A DNA stretch of 64,000 bases from an uncultured Chloroflexia bacterium (GTDB taxonomy: Bacteria; Chloroflexota; Limnocylindria; Limnocylindrales; CSP1-4), in assembly GCA_963707215.1 (NCBI GenBank), contig CAVPPB010000003.1:480001-544000 (forward strand). Reading direction: 5' to 3'. Positions 10,584 through 20,255 of the stretch are shown here, piece after piece. The notes under the pieces were generated by a model. The model saw only the letters and a list, made by a program, of their open reading frames with translations. It had not been told where the DNA came from and did not search any database. Made by a program: the position numbers and the translations under genes. Numbering within the stretch: position 1 is the first letter of the stretch; every line of letters starts with the position of its first letter.

Positions 10584-11674
10584 GCGGTGACGCGACGATG
10601 GCTGCGCCGATCAGCGGGAGCCCGACCGATCGCCGCGCCGAGCCTCGGGCGACGCGCTACCTCCGGGCCACCCGCCGCGAGCCGGTCGACACGACACCGG
10701 TCTGGTTCATGCGCCAGGCCGGCCGGGCCCTGCCCGAGTTCCGGGCCGTCCGGAAGACCGCCTCGCTGGTCGAGATCACCCGCGACCCGGCCCTCTGCGC
10801 CGAGGTGACCCTGCAGCCGGTCCGTCGGCTGGGGGTCGACGCTGCGATCCTCTTCGCGGACATCACCACCCCGCTGGCCGGGCTCGACGTGGCCTTCGAC
10901 ATCAAGCCCGGGGTGGGCCCGGTCATCGATCGGCCGGTCCGCACCCCGGCCGATCTCGCGGCCCTCCGCCCCTTCGAGCGGGATGCCCTCAAGCCGCTCT
11001 TCGAGGCCATCAGCCTCATCCGCGCCGAGAGCCCGGTCCCCCTCATCGGCTTCGCCGGCGCGCCGTTCACCCTTGCCTGCTACCTGGTCGAAGGCGGTCC
11101 CTCGCGGCAGTTCCTGCGGACCCGGACCCTGATGCGCTCGGAGCCGGCCCTGTGGACCGGGCTGATGGACCGGCTCGTCGCCATGACGATCGAGTACCTG
11201 GGTGCCCAGGTCGAGGCCGGCGCCCAGGCCGTCCAGCTCTTCGACTCCTGGGTCGGCGACCTCGGGCCGCGCGACTACGAGCGCCACGTCGCGCCGTGGA
11301 TGCGGCAGCTCTTCGACGGCCTGGTCCCGCTCGGGGTGCCGACCACCCATTTTGGCGTCGGGACCGCGGGGCTGCTGGCCCTCCAGGCCGCTGCCGGCGG
11401 CGACGTCATCGGGCTCGACTGGCACGTGACGCTGGCGGACGGCTGGGGGCTGGTCGGCGACCGCGCGGTCCAGGGCAACCTCGACCCGTCACTGCTCCTC
11501 GGCCCGTTCGAGGACGTCGCCGAAACGTCGCGCTGGATCCTGGACCAGGCCGCCGGCCGGCCCGGCCACGTCTTCAACCTGGGGCACGGCGTGCTGCCCG
11601 ACACCGACGCCGACGACCTCCGCCGGCTCGTCGACCTCGTCCACGACCACCGCCCGCCAAGGAGCGTCCCATGA
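10580..11674 (+). CDS. hemE: uroporphyrinogen decarboxylase
   Basis: PVWFMRQAGR.LPE, DAAILFADI, LIGFAGAPFT, QGNLDP and HVFNLGHG. Confidence 0.95.
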   Translation: MSGDATMAAPISGSPTDRRAEPRATRYLRATRREPVDTTPVWFMRQAGRALPEFRAVRKTASLVEITRDPALCAEVTLQPVRRLGVDAAILFADITTPLAGLDVAFDIKPGVGPVIDRPVRTPADLAALRPFERDALKPLFEAISLIRAESPVPLIGFAGAPFTLACYLVEGGPSRQFLRTRTLMRSEPALWTGLMDRLVAMTIEYLGAQVEAGAQAVQLFDSWVGDLGPRDYERHVAPWMRQLFDGLVPLGVPTTHFGVGTAGLLALQAAAGGDVIGLDWHVTLADGWGLVGDRAVQGNLDPSLLLGPFEDVAETSRWILDQAAGRPGHVFNLGHGVLPDTDADDLRRLVDLVHDHRPPRSVP

Positions 11675-12627
11675 CCACCGACCCCCGACCGGCCGTGCTC
11701 CTCATGGCCTACGGCAGCCCCGATCGGCTCGACCAGGTCGAGGCGTACTACACCGACATCCGCCGCGGCAACCCGCCCCCACCCGAGCTGCTCGAGGAGC
11801 TCCTCGAGCGATACCGCGCGATCGGTGGCGGCTCGCCGCTCTCCGGGATCGTCGAGCGCCAGCGAGCCGCCCTCGAGGCCGAGCTCGCCCGACGCGGCAG
11901 CCCGGTCCCCGTCTACGCCGGCATGCGCCACATCGAGCCGCGGATCGGGGCGATGGTGGGCCGGATGGTCGACGACGGGATCGACGGGTTCGTGGCCATC
12001 GCCCTGGCACCTCAGCGCTCCTCGAACGCCGCCGGCTACCGCCGGGCTGTCGAGGGGCGACTCGCCGACGCGGAGGGCGGGCCGAGCTACCGGATCGTCG
12101 GATCGTGGCACGACGAGCCCTGCTTCATCGAGGCCCTCGCCGCGGCGACCCGGACGGCGCTCGAGCGGACCGCCGACCCGACGACGGCCCGGGTGATCTT
12201 CACCGCCCACAGCCTGCCGACCCGCGTCGTCGCGGAGGGAGACACCTATCCGCAGGAGCTGGCCCGAACGGCCGCCCTCGTGGCCGATCGGCTCCACCTC
12301 GACCGCTACGAGTTCGCTTTCCAGAGCGCCGGGAGGACCGGCGAGCCCTGGCTCGGTCCGGACCTCCGGGACGAGCTGCGGCGACTCGCCAAGGACGGCG
12401 TCTGCGAGGTCGTCGTCTGCCCGGTGGGTTTCGTGGCCGATCACCTCGAGGTGCTCTACGACATCGACATCGAGGCGCGCGCGGTCGCCGATGAGCTCGG
12501 CCTCCGCCTGGAGCGGGCGCCCTCGATGAACGACGACCCGACCTTCATCGCCGGCCTGGCCGACGTCGCCGAGCGGGCGCTCGGCGAGCTGCCGTCCGGC
12601 ACCACCACGGGCGCCGGGGTCGCCTGA
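11671..12627 (+). CDS. hemH: ferrochelatase (probably coproporphyrin ferrochelatase CpfC)
   Basis: LLMAYGSP, YAGMRH, FTAHSLP, FQSAGRTGEPWLGPD and GFVADHLEVLYDID. Confidence 0.93.
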   Translation: MTTDPRPAVLLMAYGSPDRLDQVEAYYTDIRRGNPPPPELLEELLERYRAIGGGSPLSGIVERQRAALEAELARRGSPVPVYAGMRHIEPRIGAMVGRMVDDGIDGFVAIALAPQRSSNAAGYRRAVEGRLADAEGGPSYRIVGSWHDEPCFIEALAAATRTALERTADPTTARVIFTAHSLPTRVVAEGDTYPQELARTAALVADRLHLDRYEFAFQSAGRTGEPWLGPDLRDELRRLAKDGVCEVVVCPVGFVADHLEVLYDIDIEARAVADELGLRLERAPSMNDDPTFIAGLADVAERALGELPSGTTTGAGVA

Positions 12628-12630
12628 GCC

Positions 12631-13839
12631 ATGACGACAGGAACCAGGCCGACGATGGCCGCGCAGACCGCTCACGTACCGACGCACCCCGGTGGACATC
12701 CCGGTGGTCACCCGGGCGGACATCCGGGCGGGCACCCGGCTGCCGTCGGGGCGGTCAAGCCGGACGGCTACGTCTACGGCCGCGCTCCGATGCTGGTCTA
12801 CTGGGAGACGACCCTCTCCTGCGGCCTCACCTGCCGCCACTGCCGGGCCACGGCGATGCCGGAGCGGAGCCCCGAGGAGCTGACCAGCGAGGAAGGCTTC
12901 GGGCTGCTCGATCGGATCCTGGGCTTCGGGCGTCCCTTCCCCCACGTGGTCTTCACCGGCGGGGATCCCCTTCGGCGCCCGGATCTCGAGACCCTCGTCG
13001 AGGCCGCCACCGAGCGCGGCATCGGCGCCTCGCTGGCGCCGGCGGCGACCGACGAGCTGACGCTGGAGCGGCTGGCCCGCCTGAAGGCGGCCGGCATCCA
13101 GACGATGTCGCTCTCGATCGACGGGTCGGACGCCGAGCGCCACGATGGCTTCCGGGGCGTTCCCGGCACCTTCGACAAGACGCTCCTGGCGGCCCGCTGG
13201 GCCCACGAGGTCGGCTTGCCGCTCCAGATCAACACCCTCATCACCGACGAGACGCTGTCCGACCTGCCGGCGGTCTACGAGCTGATGACGACGCTCGGGA
13301 TCATCCGCTGGAGCCTCTTCTACCTGATCAGCGTCGGCCGGGGTACCGACCTGCGCGAGATCACGGCGGCCGACTCCGAGCGCCTCAACGGCTGGTTCTA
13401 CGACCTGTCCAGGGAGGCCCCGTTCATCATCAAGACGACCGAGGCGACCCATTACCGGCGGGTCGCCATCCGGCGGATGACCGCGGACGGTCTCGACGAG
13501 GACGCCATCGCCGCGACCTCGGTGGGGCGCGGGTTCGGGGTCCGCGACGGCAACGGGATCATGTTCGTGGCTCACGATGGCTGGGTCTACCCGTCCGGCT
13601 TCCTGCCCGTGCGGACCGGCAACGTCCGGACCGACGACATCGTCGAGCTCTATCGGCAGCACCCCGTCTTCACCGGCCTCCGCGACGTCAGCGCCTTCAA
13701 GGGCCGCTGCGGGCGCTGCGAGTACGCCGAGGTCTGCGGCGGGTCGCGGGCCCGGGCCTTCGCCTGGACGGGCGACTACCTCGAGTCCGATCCGCTCTGC
13801 CCGTACGTGCCGCCGTCGGCGCCCGGCGCGGAGCACTGA
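12631..13839 (+). CDS. radical SAM/SPASM protein (TIGR04053/AhbD-like; candidate coproheme decarboxylase)
   Basis: WETTLSCGLTCRHCRA (CxxxCxxC), FTGGDPL and SPASM KGRCGRCEY..VCGGSRARA...GD.LESDPLC; N-terminal HPGG repeats; sits between hemH and hemY. Confidence 0.8.
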   Translation: MTTGTRPTMAAQTAHVPTHPGGHPGGHPGGHPGGHPAAVGAVKPDGYVYGRAPMLVYWETTLSCGLTCRHCRATAMPERSPEELTSEEGFGLLDRILGFGRPFPHVVFTGGDPLRRPDLETLVEAATERGIGASLAPAATDELTLERLARLKAAGIQTMSLSIDGSDAERHDGFRGVPGTFDKTLLAARWAHEVGLPLQINTLITDETLSDLPAVYELMTTLGIIRWSLFYLISVGRGTDLREITAADSERLNGWFYDLSREAPFIIKTTEATHYRRVAIRRMTADGLDEDAIAATSVGRGFGVRDGNGIMFVAHDGWVYPSGFLPVRTGNVRTDDIVELYRQHPVFTGLRDVSAFKGRCGRCEYAEVCGGSRARAFAWTGDYLESDPLCPYVPPSAPGAEH

Positions 13840-13861
13840 GCGGACCGGCCGGGACCCATCG

Positions 13862-15591
13862 ATGACCGTCCTCGTCGTCGGCGGAGGCATCACCGGTCTG
13901 GCGACTGCCCATGCCCTGGGCGCCGCCGGGGTGCCGACGCTGCTCGTCGAGGGGTCCGACCGGCTCGGCGGCAAGGTCCGGACCGACCGGACCGAGGGGT
14001 TCCTGGTCGAGTCCGGGCCGGACTCCTTCATCAGCTATCGGCCGGCCGGCCTGGAGCTGTGTCGCGAGCTCGGCCTGGCCGAGGCGGTCATCCGGCCGGT
14101 CGAGCCGCGGACGGTGACGGTCCGGATCGGCGAGCGGTTCGTTCGCCTGCCCGACGGGATGGGCCTGGTCCTGCCGACCCGGATGCGGCCGTTCGTGACC
14201 AGCCGGATGTTCTCGCCGCTGGAGAAGGCCAGGATGGGCCTGGACCTCGTCCTGCCGCGTCGACTCGACGGCACCGACGTCGCCGTCGGGCCCTTCCTTC
14301 GGGGTCGTCTCGGCGGCGCCCTCGTGGAGCGCCTGGCCGGCCCGCTCATCGGCGGCGTCTACGGCACGCCGATCGACGAGCTCAGTCTCGACGCCGTCGT
14401 CCCCCAGCTCCGCGAGGCCGAGCGCGACCACCGCAGCCTGCTGCTGGCCAGCCTGGCCCAGGGGCGGGCTCGGCGCAGGTCCGGCGCGCCGGCCGGCTCC
14501 CCGTTCGTCAGCCTCGCCGGCGGACTCGGCCAGCTCACCGACGCCCTGGTGGCGACGCTCTGGGACTCGCCCCAGGTGGCCCTTCGCACGGGCACGAGCG
14601 TCGTCGGCCTGGAGCGCTCCGGCGGGCACCTGGCCGCGATCCTGGCCGGCGCCGAGCGGCTGGAGGTGGACGGCGTCGTGCTGGCGTCGCCCGCGGCCGT
14701 CTCGGCCGACCTCGTCGAGGACCTCGCGCCGGACGCAGCGACCCACATCCGCTCGATCCCCCACGGCTCGACCGGCGTGGTGACCGTCGCCTACCGCGCC
14801 GACCAGCTGCCCGGTCCCCTCGTGGGGCACGGCTTCCTGGTCGCCGAGGGCGAGCCGCTCGCCATCAGCGCCTGCACCTGGTCCTCGAACAAGTGGCCGG
14901 ACCGGGCGCCCGAGGGCCACGTCCTCCTGCGGGCCTTCATCGGGTCGCCGGGCGAGCGCCTTCTCGGCCGGCCCGACCGACGACGTGCTGGCGGCCGTCC
15001 GGCGGGACCTCGAGGTGACGATGGGCGTCCACGGGGCAACCGGTCCTCGCCCGCGTGTCGCGCTTCAGCGAGTCGATGCCCCACTACACGGTCGGCCACC
15101 TGGGGCGGGTCGCGGCCGCCGACGACGCCCTCGCTGCAGTGCCGGGCCTGGTTCTGGCCGGCGCCGCCTTCCGGGGCGTCGGCATCCCCGACTGCATCGC
15201 CGGGGGCCGCGGCGCCGCCAGGGCCATCCAGGCCCACCTCGGCGGCGGCGCGACCCGGTCGACGGCCGCGACGGGGACGGGGATCGCCACGGGCGCCAGC
15301 CGCGGCCGCGATGGTGGCACTCCCGACGGCAGAGCCCCGACACCGCTCGACTCCCTGCCCGTGGGCGCCACCGGCACGGTCGCCGTCGTGGCGAGCGCCC
15401 ATCGCGACGAGCTCGCCTCCGAGGGTCTCCGCCCCGGCGTCCGGGTCGGCCTGGAGGCCGCGGCGCCCGTCGGCGGACCGCTGGTGATCTCGGTGGGGCG
15501 GGCTCGCGTCGCCGTGGCCCGCTCGGTCGCCAGGACGGTCCTCGTCGCCCCGAGTGAGCGGATCTCGGACGGCGCCCCGGCCGACCCGTGA
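13862..15591 (+). CDS. hemY: coproporphyrinogen/protoporphyrinogen oxidase (HemY/CgoX) with C-terminal FeoA domain; two apparent frameshifts at ~14975 and ~15035
   Basis: VVGGGITGLA, E..DRLGGK, VESGPDSF and TWSSNKWPDRAP; continues in another frame as DVLAAVRRDL, then SMPHYTVGH...GVGIPDCI, then FeoA-like PLDSLPVG...GLRPGVRV.....PVGGPLVISVG...VAV. Confidence 0.85.
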
Positions 15592-17576
15592 TCGCCCTGC
15601 ACCCCGGCCACCGTCCGCCCGCCGGGGAGGACCAGGCGAGCCCGGATCGCCCACTGTCCATCGCCTTCGTGGGGCGCCCGAACGTCGGCAAATCCACGTT
15701 CGTCTCGCGGGCCGGCGGGCGCTACGTCGAGACGGTCAACGCGCCAGGCACGACCGTCACCGCCGAGCGGGTCCCGGTCCGGCTGGGCGGTCAGGCCGTG
15801 GAGCTCGTGGACCTGCCCGGAACCCGGTCGCTCGTCGACACGCCGGCCGGCAGCGATCCGTTCTGGGCCCAGCTGCTGGGGACCCAGCCCGACGCCATCG
15901 TGGTCGTCGCCGACGCCGGCGACCTGGCCCGGCACCTGCCGCTGGTGCTGGCCTGCCGGGATCTCGGCCTGCCGGTCGTGCTCGCCGCGAACCTCGCCGA
16001 CGAGGCTGCCGAGGCGGGCATCGAGCTCGACGAGACGGCGCTCTCGCAGCTGCTCGTGGCGCCGGTCCACCTGACGGTCGGGCGGACCGGGCACGGGGTC
16101 GACGCGGTCATGGCCGACGCCGTGCGCCTGGCCTCCCGGCGTCGAGCCGTCCGCGAGGGCACCGCCGAGCCACGGGGTACCGTCCCGGCCCAGCCGTACC
16201 CGCCGTCGCTCGACGCACACCTGGCGGCGACCGCCCGTGACCTGGGCCACAGCCACTCGCTGGGAGCCGCGACGGTCGATGCGACCAGCATGGAGCCCTT
16301 CGTCGCCGATCGGACGATCTCGCCACGAGGTGCGGCCTCGATCCGCCTCGCCGACCTGTTGGAGCCGGAGCGCTGGCGGATCGGCGCCGAGTGGGCCGAC
16401 CGCGTGGAGTCGCGACGCGCCGTACGGGCACCCCGGCGCGAGGCCCTGACCCGACTCGCAACGGTGCCATGGCCCGGGCTGCCGCTCTTCCTCGCCGTCG
16501 CCCTCGGCTCGTTCGCCGCCATGGTCGTCGTGGGGGGCTGGCTCTCGGCCCTCCTGGCGGAGGTCTGGGCGGCGACGATCTCGCCGCTGCTGACCACGAT
16601 CATCGGGACGCTGGTGCCCCTGCCGGCGCTCGCCTCGGCGCTCGAGTGGGCGCTCGACGGCGGGCTCCTGGCGATGGTCTCGGTCGGCATCCCCTACGTG
16701 CTCGTCTTCTACGTGATCCTGGCCGCCCTCGAGGACTCCGGCTACCTGACCAGCGCGGCCGTCCTCCTCGACCGCGTCTTCAACGTCCTGGGCCTGCCCG
16801 GCCGAGCGGCGATCCCGCTCCTGAGCGCGGCCGGATGCAACGTGCCGGCCGTCTACGGCACCCGGGTGCTCCCGACGCAGCGCGAACGGCTCCTCGGCGG
16901 CTTCCTGGTCACCCTGACTCCCTGCTCCGCCCGGTCGGCCGTGGTCATCGCCGCCCTGGCCCCGGTCGCGGGGATCGGCGCGGCCTTCGCCGCCTTCGCC
17001 GTGGTGCTGGCGCTCACGCTGGGGGCCGGCCTGGCCGCCAACGCGGTCGTGCCCGGACGCCAACCGGCCCTCGTCCTCGAGCTGGCACCCCTCCGGACGC
17101 CGGTGCCGGCCAACGTCGCCCGCAAAGCCTGGCGGCGCTTCCGCTCCTTCGTCCTCGTCGCCACGCCGATCATGGTCGTCGGCTCGTTCGTCGTCGGGCT
17201 GCTCTACGAGAGCGGCCTGTGGGCAGACCTCGCGACGCTGGTCGAGCCCGTCACGATGGGCCTGCTGGGGCTGCCGGCGATCGCCGGGATCGCCATCGCC
17301 TTCGCCTTCCTGCGCAAGGAGCTGGCGCTCCAGTTGCTGGTCGCGCTCGCCATCGTCCAGTACGGCGCCGCCATGGCCGAGCCGGGCGCCTTCCTCTCGC
17401 CGGCCCAGCTGTTCGTCTTCGCGATCGTCACGTGCGTGTCGATCCCCTGCGCGGCGACCCTGGCGGCGCTGGCCGGCGAGTTCGGACGCCGCACCGCACT
17501 CGCCATGAGCGCCGCGACCGTGGGGCTGGCCCTCGGGGCCGGCGCCATCGTGGCCCGCGTCCTCGCGATCGCCTGA
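15588..17576 (+). CDS. feoB: ferrous iron transporter B
   Basis: G1 GRPNVGKS, N.PGTT, DLPG and NLAD; membrane part LEDSGYL, GCNVPA, PCSAR and LRKE. Confidence 0.92.
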   Translation: MIALHPGHRPPAGEDQASPDRPLSIAFVGRPNVGKSTFVSRAGGRYVETVNAPGTTVTAERVPVRLGGQAVELVDLPGTRSLVDTPAGSDPFWAQLLGTQPDAIVVVADAGDLARHLPLVLACRDLGLPVVLAANLADEAAEAGIELDETALSQLLVAPVHLTVGRTGHGVDAVMADAVRLASRRRAVREGTAEPRGTVPAQPYPPSLDAHLAATARDLGHSHSLGAATVDATSMEPFVADRTISPRGAASIRLADLLEPERWRIGAEWADRVESRRAVRAPRREALTRLATVPWPGLPLFLAVALGSFAAMVVVGGWLSALLAEVWAATISPLLTTIIGTLVPLPALASALEWALDGGLLAMVSVGIPYVLVFYVILAALEDSGYLTSAAVLLDRVFNVLGLPGRAAIPLLSAAGCNVPAVYGTRVLPTQRERLLGGFLVTLTPCSARSAVVIAALAPVAGIGAAFAAFAVVLALTLGAGLAANAVVPGRQPALVLELAPLRTPVPANVARKAWRRFRSFVLVATPIMVVGSFVVGLLYESGLWADLATLVEPVTMGLLGLPAIAGIAIAFAFLRKELALQLLVALAIVQYGAAMAEPGAFLSPAQLFVFAIVTCVSIPCAATLAALAGEFGRRTALAMSAATVGLALGAGAIVARVLAIA

Positions 17577-17652
17577 CCCCGGCGACCGACCGCGCCACGG
17601 GTCACCCCCGCACCACCGGACGCCCCCGTCCACGAGCCACCGCTACGGCCGC

Positions 17653-18651
17653 TCAGGCCTCCGGATCGAGAGCCGCCCGGGACCAGAGCTCGGCCGCGAT
17701 GAGCTCCACGACGGTGACCTCGACGAGGGTCCGGACCAGCGGGTCGTCGGCGCCGGGCAGGGGGATGACCAGGGCCGCCCCGTCGACCGGCGGCCCGACG
17801 ACCAGGACCTCGCCCGAACGCGAGCGCACCGTCTCGACCAACGACCGGTCGTAGGCCGTGCCCGAGAGCAGGACCATCCGGGCGCCCGGCAGAGCCGTGT
17901 AGACGCCGACGTGCGCCCAGTCGCCGGCATCCCAGGCCGTCGCCGCAAGGCGAGGGCCCTCGCGGAGCATCAGGGCCGCCTGCTCGGCGGCTCCTGGCCG
18001 CGAGGCATCGCCAACGACGTGGATCGTCTCGGCTCCATCGAGGAGATCGGCGGCCGGACCGAGCCAGCCCGCCGAGCCCGCCGTGAGCCGCTCGAGGGCG
18101 TCGACGGCCGGGCGGAGGGAGGCCACGGTCGGATCGCTGCCGGCCACCCGACCTGCCGCCAGGAGCAGCGTCGCAAGCGTCGCCAGATGGGTCCGGCAGG
18201 CGACCCCCCCTGCTTCGGGCCCGGCCAGCAGCGGCAGGACGGCATCGGCGGCATCGGCCAGCCGGGAGGTCGGCTGCTCGGTGACCGCGATGACCGGCGA
18301 GGTACCACGGTGCCGCTCGGCCGCGGCCACGGTCTCAGCGGTCCCGCCCGAGGCCGAGATGGCGACGACGATCCGGCGCGGATCCGGCGGAGCGGGCGTC
18401 GGCGTCGACGCCCACTCGACCAGGACCTCGCCGCCGCCAGCCACGATCCGGGCGGCGACCGTCAGGGCGGCGAACCGCGACGAGCCCATCCCGACGAACA
18501 ACAGTGGCGGTCGGTCGCGCCCCGCCAGGACCGACTCGAGCATCGTCGACGGCTCACCGTGCCCCTCCCAGGCATCGAGCAGGCGGGCCAGCGCGGACGG
18601 CTCGTCGAGAACGTCGCGGCGCAGGGCCGCGGCCCGGTCGATGGCCCTCAC
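17653..18651 (-). CDS. SIS-domain protein (GlmS C-terminal/FrlB-like sugar-phosphate isomerase, deaminase or deglycase)
   Basis: DVLDEP.AL, FVGMGSSRFAA, VVAISASGGTAETV, LLAGPEAGGVACRT and ALMLREGP. Confidence 0.8.
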   Translation of the reverse strand: MRAIDRAAALRRDVLDEPSALARLLDAWEGHGEPSTMLESVLAGRDRPPLLFVGMGSSRFAALTVAARIVAGGGEVLVEWASTPTPAPPDPRRIVVAISASGGTAETVAAAERHRGTSPVIAVTEQPTSRLADAADAVLPLLAGPEAGGVACRTHLATLATLLLAAGRVAGSDPTVASLRPAVDALERLTAGSAGWLGPAADLLDGAETIHVVGDASRPGAAEQAALMLREGPRLAATAWDAGDWAHVGVYTALPGARMVLLSGTAYDRSLVETVRSRSGEVLVVGPPVDGAALVIPLPGADDPLVRTLVEVTVVELIAAELWSRAALDPEA

Positions 18652-18667
18652 GCCCGGTTCCGGGAGG

Positions 18668-20161
18668 TCACCCAGCGCCGTCCATGGTCACGAGGAGGCT
18701 CCGGAGACCCTCGGTAGGCGCCCAGATCCACGACGGCAGGTAGGCAGCAGCGTAGGTGAACTCGTAGCACTCCTTCTCCAGCTCGAATGCCTCCAGCAGG
18801 TCGAGGTCGAGGTCGACCGGCGCTCCGCCTTCGGCCAGGCCTGCCGCGTACGCCTCCAGGAAGCGTTCGCGCGAGCGTCGCAGCCAGGCATCGGGGTCGA
18901 GCGCGCCCGACGGGCGATCTCGACCTTCCACGGGCGAGCCAGCGCCCGAAGGCGCGTCGGGCCGTTCCGCGACCTCCCGGCGCATCGCGCTCCGTCCGAC
19001 GTGGTCGAGCGAGCGGAGCATCGAAGCCACGTCCCGAAGCGGCGACCCGAGCTGCCGACGATCCTCGACCGGGCGCGTGGGCTCGCCCTCGAAGTCGATG
19101 ATCGACCAGCCATCGGGCAGGCGGAGCAGCTGGCCCAGGTGGAGGTCCCCGTGGATCCGGGTCAGCAGCGGGGGCGTCGCGAGGGCCTCGTAGACGGTGA
19201 AGCGCTCGAGGATCCGGGGGGCCGCGTCGCGGAGCTCGGCGCGGAGGGATCCGTCGACGGCGTCGATAGCCATGCGCAGCTCCCGGCTGGCTGCTGCGCG
19301 CCACTCCCGTAGCTCGTCCCGGGTCGCCGGCCGCGGCTCGAAACCCTCGATGCGGGCGGCGGCCAGGGTCGCGTGGAGCCCGGCAGTGAGCCGGCCGAGT
19401 TGGGCGGCTTCCTCGGTCGCGTACTCGAGCGCGACAGCGCCCGGCGCCGCGTACCAGGCGGCCAGGCGATCCGCGGTCGTCTCGTAGGCGTCCTCCCCGT
19501 CGCCCAGGAACTCGCTCAACGTGGCGACGGTCGTCAGGCCGGCCCGCGAGACCATCTCGACGAAGCCCGCCAGGCGCGGGACCGCCTCGAAGCCCGCCTC
19601 CTCGGAGAGATAGGCGGGCAGCTCCAGGTCTGGGTTCAGGCCGGGCTGCGCTCGACGGTACAGCTTGAGGAGCAGGCGCTCGCCGAGGACCACCGACGTG
19701 TTCGACTGGTCGCGACCCAGGGGCGCCTCCGCCAACACGGCCACCGCAGCCGGCCCGCCCGGCACGAGCGCGTCCAGGGCCGGTGCCGGACGGCAGACCA
19801 GCGCCGCGTCCGGCCCCCTCGCGCCACCGACGCCACTCGCGGCGGGCCTCGGCAGGCTGGGGATGGTCCGCCCCTCCGCGGTCGCGCGTGCCAGGCCGGC
19901 CCACGCGCCGTCACCTTCGCCAGCCTCGCGATAGGCGTCCCCGTCACGGGCCAGGACCAGGAGGTAGCGGTCGCGTCCGGCCCCCATGTCGACGCCAACG
20001 ACCACGAGGGCGCCTCCGTCGCCGAGGTCGAACGCCTCGTCGAGCTCGAGCGGGCCCGCCGGCTGACCCGCCGACCCGAACCAGCGCCGCCCGGCCAGCT
20101 CGGTCGGGTCGATCCCGGCCACCGCGGCCTCGATGGCCAGCCGGATCGCCTCCGACGTCAT
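18668..20161 (-). CDS. maltokinase/Pep2-like (amino)sugar phosphotransferase
   Basis: RRWFG N-cap, DQSNTSVV, LLKLYRR..PG.NPDLE, RIHGDLHLGQ, IIDFEGEP and SPLRDVASMLRS. Confidence 0.82.
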   Translation of the reverse strand: MTSEAIRLAIEAAVAGIDPTELAGRRWFGSAGQPAGPLELDEAFDLGDGGALVVVGVDMGAGRDRYLLVLARDGDAYREAGEGDGAWAGLARATAEGRTIPSLPRPAASGVGGARGPDAALVCRPAPALDALVPGGPAAVAVLAEAPLGRDQSNTSVVLGERLLLKLYRRAQPGLNPDLELPAYLSEEAGFEAVPRLAGFVEMVSRAGLTTVATLSEFLGDGEDAYETTADRLAAWYAAPGAVALEYATEEAAQLGRLTAGLHATLAAARIEGFEPRPATRDELREWRAAASRELRMAIDAVDGSLRAELRDAAPRILERFTVYEALATPPLLTRIHGDLHLGQLLRLPDGWSIIDFEGEPTRPVEDRRQLGSPLRDVASMLRSLDHVGRSAMRREVAERPDAPSGAGSPVEGRDRPSGALDPDAWLRRSRERFLEAYAAGLAEGGAPVDLDLDLLEAFELEKECYEFTYAAAYLPSWIWAPTEGLRSLLVTMDGAG

Positions 20162-20255
20162 GCCCCGACCTCGGCCGCCGGGCAGACGTGACCCGGCCGC
20201 CAGCCACGAGGGCCGGCGGCCGGGATGGGCAGCGGTCTGACGATCAAGCCGAGGA

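Noticed and set aside
11275-14031. Long antisense ORFs (also 15084-17633, 38899-43245, 44535-47156, 49743-51767)
   Set aside because: They mirror well-supported genes on the other strand and have no motifs; expected from GC3 bias.
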